Shown here: positions 1 to 8,606 of the stretch, piece after piece
How the letters are laid out: the number at the start of each line of letters is the position of its first letter
How positions within the stretch are numbered: position 1 is the first letter of the stretch
Source of the DNA: a virus
Virus record (IMG/VR): IMGVR_UViG_3300028197_001738
Coordinates: 31,664-95,663 of that record
Length of the DNA: 64,000 nt
Strand: one strand, 5' to 3'
The notes under the pieces: model-generated
What the model was told of the DNA's origin: nothing
Database searches by the model: none
The model's input: the letters and a program-made list of their open reading frames with translations, nothing else
Made by a program: the position numbers and the translations under genes

Positions 1-1
1 A

Positions 2-1558
2 GAAAAGTATAACATAGCAGAATTTGCTTCTTACGGCTATGTCAATGATCATAGGGATAAAGACATCCCTTGGAAATATTATGCTAATGCAGTAAGAGAG
101 AATGACAGCAGGCATAGAGAATATTCCTCTCGGCAGGACAACCAATTTGGAAGATGGAGATTTGAAAAAGTATTGCTGGATTTTAAGCCAGATGTTGTAG
201 TTGATATAAGGGATTACTGGATGAGTGCTTATCAAGGTATTTCTCCTTTAAGAAAATATTTTCACTGGATTCTAATGCCCACAGTCGACTCTGCTCCACA
301 GCAAGAAGATTGGATTGATACTTATCTTTCTGCCGATGCCATATTTAGCTATTCTGACTGGGGAGGACAAGTTATTCAGCAGCAAAGCAGTGGTGCTGTA
401 AACTATATAGATACTGCATCTCCCGGAGTGGATTTAAATATCTTTAAACCACAAAACAAAGCCGCTTGCAAAGCATATCTGGGTATTCCAGAAGATTCCA
501 TAATTATAGGATCTGTGATGAGAAATCAAAAACGAAAACTTATTCCAGAATTACTCCACGCTTTCAGATCGGTATTAGACAACTTAAAAGAAAACAAAGA
601 AGATGAAAAGGCTAAAAAACTATTTCTTTATCTTCATACTAGCTATCCCGATATGGGTTGGGACATCCCCGAACTATTGAAAGATTTAAGATTATGTAAT
701 AAGGTGTTTTTTACATATAGCTGTAGAGGATGTAAAAATATTAAATCGACTACATTTTCAGGCCCACAAAAAACTTGCAGTAAATGCATGAACAATGCTT
801 GCTTCTTACCCTCTGTCACAGACGGTATCGAACAAGAAGATTTAAGCAAAATATATAATACTTTTGATATGTATGTTCAGTATTCCATATGCGAAGGTTT
901 TGGTATGCCTCAAGTGGAGGCCGGAGCCTGTGGAGTACCCATTGCCACCGTAGACTACAGCGCTATGTGTGACATTGTTAAAAAGTTAAATGCTTTTGCT
1001 GTGCCTCCTAAAACTATTTTTAAAGAAATGGAAACTAAAGCATATCGTGTCTATCCAGATAACGACATCCTAGAACAGCATATACTAAATTTTATAGACA
1101 AGCCATCTCCGATACGAAGTCGAATGGGTTCTGAGGTAAGATCCTTAACAGAACAAAACTACTGCTGGAATAGAATAGCCAAGGTGTGGGAAAAATATTT
1201 AGACGAACTCGACGATAGAGGATACAGGTCAGACTGGAACGCAGAAGCTACTTATATACAAGAGCATGAAATGAATAAAGATGTGTCTAGCGTTCAAAAT
1301 TTATTTAAATATTGTGCTACGTATGTTTCTGATTTATCTAAAATTGGTAGCTATAAATTTTTAAATATACTTAAAGACTCAGACTATGGTTTTACCGTTA
1401 AAGGCCCTACTTCCATAGTCCCTGCTGGTAAACAGGATATGGAGAATTTCTTTCAAATGTATGCCAAAGCCCATAACACTGCTGAAAAAGCCAGAGTGTC
1501 AGGAGCAACATCTCAAGAAGACTTTATAGTATATGCCAAAATGAAAGCATCTTCATAA
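2..1558 (+). CDS. GT-B (GT4-like) glycosyltransferase with inserted Zn-ribbon; 5' end lies outside the window
   Basis: Frame is open from base 2 (EKYNIAEFASYG...GRWRFEKVLLDFKPDVVVDIRD), so the TTG at 173 is not the true start. GT4 signature EGFGMPQVEAGACGVP, SPGVD..IFKP, RNQKRK; CRGC...CSKC insert. Confidence 0.88.
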   Translation, partial: EKYNIAEFASYGYVNDHRDKDIPWKYYANAVRENDSRHREYSSRQDNQFGRWRFEKVLLDFKPDVVVDIRDYWMSAYQGISPLRKYFHWILMPTVDSAPQQEDWIDTYLSADAIFSYSDWGGQVIQQQSSGAVNYIDTASPGVDLNIFKPQNKAACKAYLGIPEDSIIIGSVMRNQKRKLIPELLHAFRSVLDNLKENKEDEKAKKLFLYLHTSYPDMGWDIPELLKDLRLCNKVFFTYSCRGCKNIKSTTFSGPQKTCSKCMNNACFLPSVTDGIEQEDLSKIYNTFDMYVQYSICEGFGMPQVEAGACGVPIATVDYSAMCDIVKKLNAFAVPPKTIFKEMETKAYRVYPDNDILEQHILNFIDKPSPIRSRMGSEVRSLTEQNYCWNRIAKVWEKYLDELDDRGYRSDWNAEATYIQEHEMNKDVSSVQNLFKYCATYVSDLSKIGSYKFLNILKDSDYGFTVKGPTSIVPAGKQDMENFFQMYAKAHNTAEKARVSGATSQEDFIVYAKMKASS

Positions 1559-2527
1559 ATGAATATTTTATATGTAGGACCATATAGACAAGATAATTTT
1601 TATGGCTTGTATTCTCAAGCAGTTATACAAGATTTGGGATCAAAACATAATTTAAAACTTAGACCTATATTTTATAATAGCTCACAAATTCAACGAGAAA
1701 CTCTACCTAATATATTCCCACAACTAGAAAATCAAACACTAGAGAGCTATGATTGTCTAATACAGCATGTGGCACTACAAGATATACTATATACTAACGC
1801 TTTCAAAAGAAATATAGTAATTCCTATTATAGATCATGAATATGATGACGGTCTTATATCTAACAAAGGTGTTGATGAATTTTTCTTAGACTCTGACTGC
1901 GAAAACATACCTTTACCAGAACAAAAGGTAAAGAAATTTGAATTAAACCTAGACTTTTCAGTTGACAAAAATCAAATTTTTGATATTGGTCCATTAATAG
2001 CAACACGCAAGCTGTATTTTGTTGGGGACTATCAAGACAATATAGATATTATATTAAGTACTATTAGGTCTTTTGTATATCTCAACAATTTCTTGGATAC
2101 AGATATCAGCCTAGCTCTGTTTGTTTTTAATATTAGTGCTCAAGAAATACAACAAATCAAAGAATACATTAAAAAAGTATATGGTGTTTTTGGCTATAAA
2201 TTCATAGTTGATAAAATTTCTATCACCCCATTATCTATGAATATACAAAATATATTATCTGCACATAATTCTGGTAATATTTTCTTAAATTTAAACACAC
2301 ACGCATGTAATGCAATAAATTCTGTGATTGCTACTAGTCTATCTAAAGAAGTAGTTGATTTTGAATTAAATAATGATATTAGTAATTTATACATCAATGA
2401 AAAACCAACTAAACAATGGATAAAAACTTACACGGATAAGTCTATAGTCAACAGTATAAAAACCCATTTCACTGCCAAAAATACGAAACAACCAATTAAG
2501 CACAAAAAAATAAATAACTTATTATGA
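1559..2527 (+). CDS. Glycosyltransferase-like protein, probably degenerate
   Basis: N-terminus MNILYVGPYRQ and LYFVGDY...NIDIIL..F resemble GT-B proteins; no EGFG/Ex7E motif; operon context. Confidence 0.55.
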   Translation: MNILYVGPYRQDNFYGLYSQAVIQDLGSKHNLKLRPIFYNSSQIQRETLPNIFPQLENQTLESYDCLIQHVALQDILYTNAFKRNIVIPIIDHEYDDGLISNKGVDEFFLDSDCENIPLPEQKVKKFELNLDFSVDKNQIFDIGPLIATRKLYFVGDYQDNIDIILSTIRSFVYLNNFLDTDISLALFVFNISAQEIQQIKEYIKKVYGVFGYKFIVDKISITPLSMNIQNILSAHNSGNIFLNLNTHACNAINSVIATSLSKEVVDFELNNDISNLYINEKPTKQWIKTYTDKSIVNSIKTHFTAKNTKQPIKHKKINNLL

Positions 2528-3381
2528 AATCATTACCTGTAGCTAATATAGTCAATAGTCTAATATATCAAGATAATTTTAATATCGTTTATGATAGTCA
2601 TGGAAGCTTATTTGATCTGATTATAAAATCTATGGACTTTGCCATACACGACGCAGATATTGCTCATTCGGATATGTGGTATCATTCATTTTTAACTAAT
2701 AATCCTATAAATTTCACAAATAAATATATGAACACAGCTATATCTTCTCATTTAAATACATTGGCGATTTTTCATGATGGAGTACCTCCTCAACTCAAAA
2801 AAGAGGATGTAATGATATTGCAAAATCAAATTAAAAATTCAATTAAGATATTAACAGATGGATCTTTAGCGAGTCAGTGGCTTCCGTCAGATGACAAATG
2901 GTATACTGTTAATTATGGCATTCCCTATATAGATCATGAGGAAGAAGACAGGACAATAGATTGTATCTTATTTAATTTTAGACAAAATAATAATATCACA
3001 TCATTATTTGACAATATTAAGAAGTCTATCCCTAATAGTATGATGATGAATGAGTTACCCAAGAGTTTGGAGGAATTATATTCCATACTAGATAAAACTA
3101 AAATTTGTATTGATTTCGACAATCGTATAAATTCCTTAGTTGCAGCATCAAGGGGATGTTTTAATATAACTTCCTATGAGAACACTTTAATAGGATATTA
3201 CGAAAGAATTAATTCTACAGAAAGTATTGATCAACTTATCCTAAATTGTTTGCAACAGATAGATAAAGACAAGACTATTGAACAAATTAATTTTATAAAA
3301 CAGCACTATTCGTTTGATATATTTGCAGAAAATTTAACAAAGATAATTTCGCATATTTCTAAAGAGGTATTTTTATTATGA
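2524..3381 (+). CDS. GT-B-like hypothetical protein
   Basis: VNYGIP, EELYSILDKTKICI...SLVAASRGC and FIKQHYSFDIF..N follow the layout of a GT-B C-terminal lobe; ATGA overlap with upstream gene. Confidence 0.5.
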   Translation: MKSLPVANIVNSLIYQDNFNIVYDSHGSLFDLIIKSMDFAIHDADIAHSDMWYHSFLTNNPINFTNKYMNTAISSHLNTLAIFHDGVPPQLKKEDVMILQNQIKNSIKILTDGSLASQWLPSDDKWYTVNYGIPYIDHEEEDRTIDCILFNFRQNNNITSLFDNIKKSIPNSMMMNELPKSLEELYSILDKTKICIDFDNRINSLVAASRGCFNITSYENTLIGYYERINSTESIDQLILNCLQQIDKDKTIEQINFIKQHYSFDIFAENLTKIISHISKEVFLL

Positions 3382-3794
3382 GAAGAAGCATAAATATTAT
3401 ATGTGATGACTACCGCAATATAGCAGAGGGGTTTGAGTCAGTCCATATATCTTCTATTAGTAATTTGGTAGATTTTTCTATAGACACTATATTGTATTAT
3501 AACATAGGTTATTCTCAAAAAGTTGAATCTAAAAAGAATTTGCAAGTACTGTCTAATAAACTACGACCTGGAGGATCTATGGTTGTGAAATTTACTAATC
3601 TCGATCTGATATGTAAAAACTATTTAGATAAAAAAATAAAAAACAATGAATTAATTGACGCTATTAAACATATTAATACCGGGATGTCTGTAGACGAAAT
3701 GTTTACATTTATAAATAATGATTCTCTAAGAATAACAAAAATAGCTAAAGAAAATAATGATATTTCTATGGTAGTTACTAAGGTTAGAGTATGA
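3378..3794 (+). CDS. Truncated or degenerate class I SAM methyltransferase-like protein
   Basis: LSNKLRPGGSMVVKFTNLDLIC resembles the LKPGG motif; no N-terminal GxG SAM-binding motif. Confidence 0.45.
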   Translation: MRRSINIICDDYRNIAEGFESVHISSISNLVDFSIDTILYYNIGYSQKVESKKNLQVLSNKLRPGGSMVVKFTNLDLICKNYLDKKIKNNELIDAIKHINTGMSVDEMFTFINNDSLRITKIAKENNDISMVVTKVRV

Positions 3795-4576
3795 CAAATA
3801 AAACAATAGGAACAGACTGTTCTAGATGCCACTTTTCATCACCCATTACTGAAAACAATAACTGTGAATTTAATATTATTGACAATATTAAAGACATTAA
3901 AGAGGTAACAGAAAAAAACGGATATTATTACGTCAACAACTATAGTTGTGCGTACGCTTTCCCTAAAGACAAAATTAAAGAATTACTAGAACCATTTCCA
4001 GATTTAGATGTAGTGGAATATTCTAAATACAGAAGGTATGTAAAATATTATTTGATTATAAACAATATGGACAGTAAAGAAGGAATTGATTATATATGTG
4101 AACAGATTAATAAATTAACGATAAAACCACAAGCGATATCTATATTAGTTAAATCCACAGATATGGTTAGCCTTATCGAAGAATGCAACGAAAAAATAAA
4201 TCATGTTGATGACATGGTATGGAGACTACATAATTTTAAAAATAAAGACATATCAGAATCAATGGCTATGCACACTGTGTTAAGCACAAGTTCTCATTTA
4301 AAGAAATGTCATTTTATTTGGTCTTTAAACGACACAGATTTATTATATTCTGCCGATAACAAGCTGATAGAGAATATTAATTTTATTGCAAATGTTATTC
4401 AGCCTCCAGTGGGTATACTTAAATCTAAAAAATCAAATAATTATCATAGCAATATTTTCATTACTAAAAGCAATTACCAAAATCTAATTAGTCAATTATC
4501 TCAAGATCTTGACAAAGCCATTCAAATGTTTCTAGAAGAAGAACCGGAAGCAGAAATAACTATTTATGATGATTAA
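3791..4576 (+). CDS. Hypothetical protein with N-terminal Cys cluster
   Basis: 261-aa ORF; CSRCHF...C...C; ATGA-coupled. Confidence 0.6.
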   Translation: MTNKTIGTDCSRCHFSSPITENNNCEFNIIDNIKDIKEVTEKNGYYYVNNYSCAYAFPKDKIKELLEPFPDLDVVEYSKYRRYVKYYLIINNMDSKEGIDYICEQINKLTIKPQAISILVKSTDMVSLIEECNEKINHVDDMVWRLHNFKNKDISESMAMHTVLSTSSHLKKCHFIWSLNDTDLLYSADNKLIENINFIANVIQPPVGILKSKKSNNYHSNIFITKSNYQNLISQLSQDLDKAIQMFLEEEPEAEITIYDD

Positions 4577-5252
4577 TGCTCTTATAATAGCATCTGAAAT
4601 CACCAAAGGCATGAAATCTCTAGGTTCGAGATCGATGCTTAATATCAATTCAAAGAATAAAATTATTGATCAACAAATATCTTCTATCAAAACTATTCAC
4701 AGAAATGCAGAAATTACCATTTCTTGTGGTTTTGAATATGAAAAAATAAATAATTATATTAACAAAAGATATAAAAACATTCAATTAATACATAATAAAG
4801 ACTATGAAACAACCAATGAAGCCAGAGATATAGAATTATTTTTAATCGATAAAAAACCTGATGATATAGATTATTTGTTTATAATCAGCGGTGGCGTTTT
4901 ATTAAAAAAGAAGGCTATCTCTTTTACTAAAATCAAAAAGTCCTCAAGAATTTTTTTAATGAGAAGTGTAAAAAATAATTTTAAATTGGGGTGTTCAAAA
5001 AAAGATAATATAGAGTATGTGTTTTATGACTTAGACATACCTTGGTGTGAGTGCTTATTATTGAATAAAGAAAGTGTTATTAAATTAAAATCTTTTATAC
5101 AAGGAAACAACGTATTAAATATGTATTTGTTTGAAATGTTGAACAGCATACTCACAATAGACGATATCCAACCGTGCTATATTAATAAAAATGACATAAT
5201 GAAAATTACAAGTTTTGCAGATATAACTAGGGCTAAAAGTTTTATAACATGA
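4566..5252 (+). CDS. NTP-transferase (LicC/GlmU/MobA-like GT-A fold), degenerate active-site loop
   Basis: ALIIASEITKGMKSLGSRSMLNI...IIDQQI...CGFEYEKI...HNKDYETTN matches the family pattern but lacks the canonical AAGxGxR and PK residues. Confidence 0.65.
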   Translation: MMINALIIASEITKGMKSLGSRSMLNINSKNKIIDQQISSIKTIHRNAEITISCGFEYEKINNYINKRYKNIQLIHNKDYETTNEARDIELFLIDKKPDDIDYLFIISGGVLLKKKAISFTKIKKSSRIFLMRSVKNNFKLGCSKKDNIEYVFYDLDIPWCECLLLNKESVIKLKSFIQGNNVLNMYLFEMLNSILTIDDIQPCYINKNDIMKITSFADITRAKSFIT

Positions 5253-5956
5253 AAAAAATATTTATAGAATCGATAAACAATAAACTGTTTACAAACCTGA
5301 GAATAATTAAAGACAATATACAAATATTTAATGGCAACTTAGGTAACAATATATATCAAATATTTTATAAAACTAAATTTGATTCGATAATTATAGCATC
5401 AGTTATTAACGAAAGTATAGTCCAGTTTGCAGAAGAGTTTAAAGATAAAAAAGTATACATATACGATCAAAATAGATCGCTAGATCAAAATATAATAGAC
5501 AACAACAAGTCTATAGATTTTATCTTGCCATCAAACAACAAAACCAATAAACAAGGCAATAGACTAAACATAAACACAAATATGATAAACGATCAGTTGC
5601 TACAAAATACTGATGGCTCTAAGCAAAACTATATATCATGCTTTTTAGACAGCGTACAAATATTACCACAAGAACTAAATTCAGAACTTTATCCAAACTC
5701 GCACAAAAAAATTAAAATGTTTAACAATGTAAAAATACAACATCCTCAAAATCTTGGGATAATAACAGAAAGAGAACGGCTTAAAATTCTATCTGAGTCA
5801 GAATATTATTTAAATTTAGACGATCAATATGTTATAGAGGCTGCTATCAATGGATGTAAAATTCTTAGCCTAGAATCTTTGTCAAAATTAAAGCCTATGG
5901 ATTACGACATCCCTGAATATGAAACATATCAAAACTTTATTAAGGAATACATATGA
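5249..5956 (+). CDS. GT-B-like hypothetical protein
   Basis: HPQNLG...ILSESEYYL...YVIEAAINGCKIL resembles the GT-B C-terminal EA..CG motif. Confidence 0.45.
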   Translation: MKKIFIESINNKLFTNLRIIKDNIQIFNGNLGNNIYQIFYKTKFDSIIIASVINESIVQFAEEFKDKKVYIYDQNRSLDQNIIDNNKSIDFILPSNNKTNKQGNRLNINTNMINDQLLQNTDGSKQNYISCFLDSVQILPQELNSELYPNSHKKIKMFNNVKIQHPQNLGIITERERLKILSESEYYLNLDDQYVIEAAINGCKILSLESLSKLKPMDYDIPEYETYQNFIKEYI

Positions 5957-6429
5957 GAGAACTACCAGATATAGGAGTAGTATTATTAAATCTGGATAAT
6001 AGTCCTGTTTACTCTTTAATTTTAAAAAATTTATCAACAATGGCTAGTAAACTACCATACAACCAAGTTGTAGTCTTTTCTAGTTCTTGCACTATCGCAG
6101 ACACTCAACATGTCCCAGTTCTGCATATAAGTCACGCTAAATTCTTCCGTGGTATTTTAATACATATCGATGTAAGCGGTTTGATTATTAGTCAGAATTT
6201 CCCTAATCTTACTGATAGATATTTATTTGCTTTTGACACCCCTTGGGTTGGTCAAGAAGTAGGGTATAAACAGTGGAAAAGTCTTTTTATAGATAATAAT
6301 TTAAAAATAATTAGTGCTAATGTTAGTATAGATAATATATATAATTTGTGTTGGAAAGAACCATCAGGAATAGCGGAGGATTTTAATCATGAAAGAATAC
6401 TCGACATTATCGAAAAAACAAAAAGTTGA
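5953..6429 (+). CDS. Hypothetical protein (possible GT-B N-lobe-like)
   Basis: 158-aa ORF, ATGA-coupled within the glycosylation cluster. Confidence 0.55.
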   Translation: MRELPDIGVVLLNLDNSPVYSLILKNLSTMASKLPYNQVVVFSSSCTIADTQHVPVLHISHAKFFRGILIHIDVSGLIISQNFPNLTDRYLFAFDTPWVGQEVGYKQWKSLFIDNNLKIISANVSIDNIYNLCWKEPSGIAEDFNHERILDIIEKTKS

Positions 6430-7180
6430 TCTTATAGACAAGCTTTATGTTAAAGAAAATAAAAGTTTTGCTGATATAGCAAAAATTTATGGAACATATC
6501 CCAATAAAATACTGAGAGACGCGAAGTCTTTTAATGTGCCTATTCGGACCAAGTCTGAAGCTCAAAAGAACGCACTTAAAACAGGTAAGCACAGACATCC
6601 GACCAAGGGGAAGGAAAGATCAGAAGACATTAAAAACAAAATAGGTAAAAGCGTAATGAGTGCTTGGGAAAATTTAACAGAATCTGAGTTAAATGATAGA
6701 AAAACAAAAGCTCAAGAGAATTGGAGTAAATTAACAGAAGATAAAAAACTGTCTATTCAAAAATCTGCTACAGATGCTGTTAGATTAGCAAGCAAACTGG
6801 GTTCAAAGTTAGAACACTATTTATTAAGAAAACTTATAGATAGCGGCTATGCTGTAGACTTTCACAAAGAGCACACTTTGGTAAATACAAAATTGCAGAT
6901 TGACCTTTTTGTTAGAGACAATAATATAGCAATAGAAGTCGATGGCCCTTCTCACTTTGCTCCCGTGTGGGGTGAAGAAGTGCTAAAAAGGAATATTGCT
7001 TATGATCAAAAAAAAGAAGGACTAATTATAGGCAAGGGATGGCACTTGATAAGAGTGCAACAGCAAAAAGACTTTTCAAAAACAAGAGCCGACTTTCTTT
7101 TCGAAAAATTAAGAAATGCAATTGTTCAAATCATAGATTCAAATTCGGATACTGTACTATCGCTAACTATAGAGGATTAA
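6389..7180 (+). CDS. HTH + NUMOD3 + Vsr/DUF559 (EDxHD-like) endonuclease; homing-endonuclease architecture
   Basis: KLYVKENKSFADIAKIYG (HTH), HPTKGKERSEDIKNKIG (NUMOD3-like), IDLF...IAIEVDGPSHF...YDQKK...GWHLIRV. Confidence 0.8.
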   Translation: MKEYSTLSKKQKVDLIDKLYVKENKSFADIAKIYGTYPNKILRDAKSFNVPIRTKSEAQKNALKTGKHRHPTKGKERSEDIKNKIGKSVMSAWENLTESELNDRKTKAQENWSKLTEDKKLSIQKSATDAVRLASKLGSKLEHYLLRKLIDSGYAVDFHKEHTLVNTKLQIDLFVRDNNIAIEVDGPSHFAPVWGEEVLKRNIAYDQKKEGLIIGKGWHLIRVQQQKDFSKTRADFLFEKLRNAIVQIIDSNSDTVLSLTIED

Positions 7181-7181
7181 A

Positions 7182-7907
7182 ATGGCAAAAAAAGCATCTA
7201 CTAAAAATAATTTGGAAACCAAAGAAATAACCAAAGAAATAAGCAGTCCCAATATTACGGATGTCGAATGGACTGAATATGTTTTAGGATTATTGTCTGA
7301 TGACGAAAAAATCAAAGGCAACCCTACAACAGATGGTCTTAGGAGAGTGTTTGAAATAGCTTTAGATTGTATCATAGTGGATTCTACATCAGAAGTTTCT
7401 CAGGCTCCAGATCCAGACAATGGAAATAGAGCTACTGTAGTCCATGGTCTCAGCTATATTTTAAATGACAGCACTCTCACCCCAGAAACTAAATGCAGGA
7501 CCGTAAACGGTGCGGCAGACGTATACTGGGGCAATTGTGACAAGATATTTAGAAACCATCCTGTTGCTGTAGCAGAAACTAGAGCAGAAGGAAGGGCTCT
7601 TAGAAGAGGTCTTAGATTAAGAAAGGTTGTTGCTGCTGAAGAAATTGCAGAAAATATAGAAGATGACATTGATGGAAATAATGCTGGGAAAATTACTAAT
7701 AATCAAATTAATTTTATAGATGTAATATCAGCAAGATTAAATGTGAATGTTTTAGAGTTATTGAAATCAAATAAATTAAATAAAGATAATATATATGATA
7801 TTGACCATTCTTCTGCTGTGTCTATTATTAGATTGTTATCTGGATATCAGCAAAACATGAGTGATATATCAGAAAAAATTACGGGCTACTCTAAAGACTG
7901 GAAATAA
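7182..7907 (+). CDS. Putative Rad52/Sak-like single-strand annealing protein
   Basis: GAAD...AVAETRAEGRALRRGL..VAAEE motif; small C-terminal ITNNQINFI...SAVSII domain; SD GAGGA upstream. Confidence 0.55.
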   Translation: MAKKASTKNNLETKEITKEISSPNITDVEWTEYVLGLLSDDEKIKGNPTTDGLRRVFEIALDCIIVDSTSEVSQAPDPDNGNRATVVHGLSYILNDSTLTPETKCRTVNGAADVYWGNCDKIFRNHPVAVAETRAEGRALRRGLRLRKVVAAEEIAENIEDDIDGNNAGKITNNQINFIDVISARLNVNVLELLKSNKLNKDNIYDIDHSSAVSIIRLLSGYQQNMSDISEKITGYSKDWK

Positions 7908-7909
7908 AC

Positions 7910-8230
7910 ATGAAGGCATCATATAAGGCTAACGACAAACTGCAATTTGAAGTTCAGGGAGAAGGTCAGAAAGAAATATTTAAAGAACTGGCCGCAATAC
8001 AAGAAATTTTTGGAGAAACAAAATGCGGTGTGTGTGGGTCTGAGAACATTAAATTTGTAGTAAGAGCTGTTGATGACAACGAATACTATGAATTGCGATG
8101 TATGGACTGTGGAGCTGTTCTTGCTTTTGGTCAGCACAAAAAGGGAGGAACTCTCTTTCCTAAACGTAAAGACGAAAAGGGAGAATACATGCCGAATAAA
8201 GGATGGTATAAATGGACTAACGCTAAGTAG
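7910..8230 (+). CDS. Zn-ribbon protein
   Basis: CGVC...CMDC with an aromatic/basic C-terminus (FPKRK...GWYKW). Confidence 0.7.
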   Translation: MKASYKANDKLQFEVQGEGQKEIFKELAAIQEIFGETKCGVCGSENIKFVVRAVDDNEYYELRCMDCGAVLAFGQHKKGGTLFPKRKDEKGEYMPNKGWYKWTNAK

Positions 8231-8242
8231 CGTTACCATTTA
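8209..8242. terminator. Hairpin at the convergent gene junction (possible bidirectional terminator)
   Basis: TAAATGG-AC-TAACGCTA-AG-TAGCGTTA-CCATTTA: 8-bp perfect plus 7-bp outer inverted repeat containing both stop codons; no long U-tract. Confidence 0.55.
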
Positions 8243-8604
8243 CCCTCTGGACATTTTTCAGATTCCCATGATAATTTGCTAATATATTTTCTGTGTTGAA
8301 AAACGGGACAACCGCATTTATCACAGCTGTAATTATTAAAAAATTCACAACTTTCACATATTGAATATCTTTTAGATATAGTTTCATCAGGTGCTAATTT
8401 CATACCTTGAGATATATGCTCTGAAGTAGCCTTAGCAAAATTTTTCACCTTATTAATAAAAGATGGCTTACTTTCATTGGGTCTTTTAAAAGTCGTATTA
8501 CGACAAGGAAAAACTGGAGGCTGTCCATCATTCGAGCGTAACTGGATATTGCAGTTACTACATCTGTACCATCCCTGTCCTTCTACAATAAAATCACAAA
8601 GCAT
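8233..8604 (-). CDS. Small Cys-rich protein (DUF6171-like C-terminus)
   Basis: RYSICESCEFF...CDKCGC...KLSW...KCPEGKW. Confidence 0.7.
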   Translation of the reverse strand: MLCDFIVEGQGWYRCSNCNIQLRSNDGQPPVFPCRNTTFKRPNESKPSFINKVKNFAKATSEHISQGMKLAPDETISKRYSICESCEFFNNYSCDKCGCPVFQHRKYISKLSWESEKCPEGKW

Positions 8605-8606
8605 TA

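Noticed and set aside
173-175. TTG start of the first glycosyltransferase
   Set aside because: The frame is open from base 2 with GT-like sequence, so the true start is upstream of the window.
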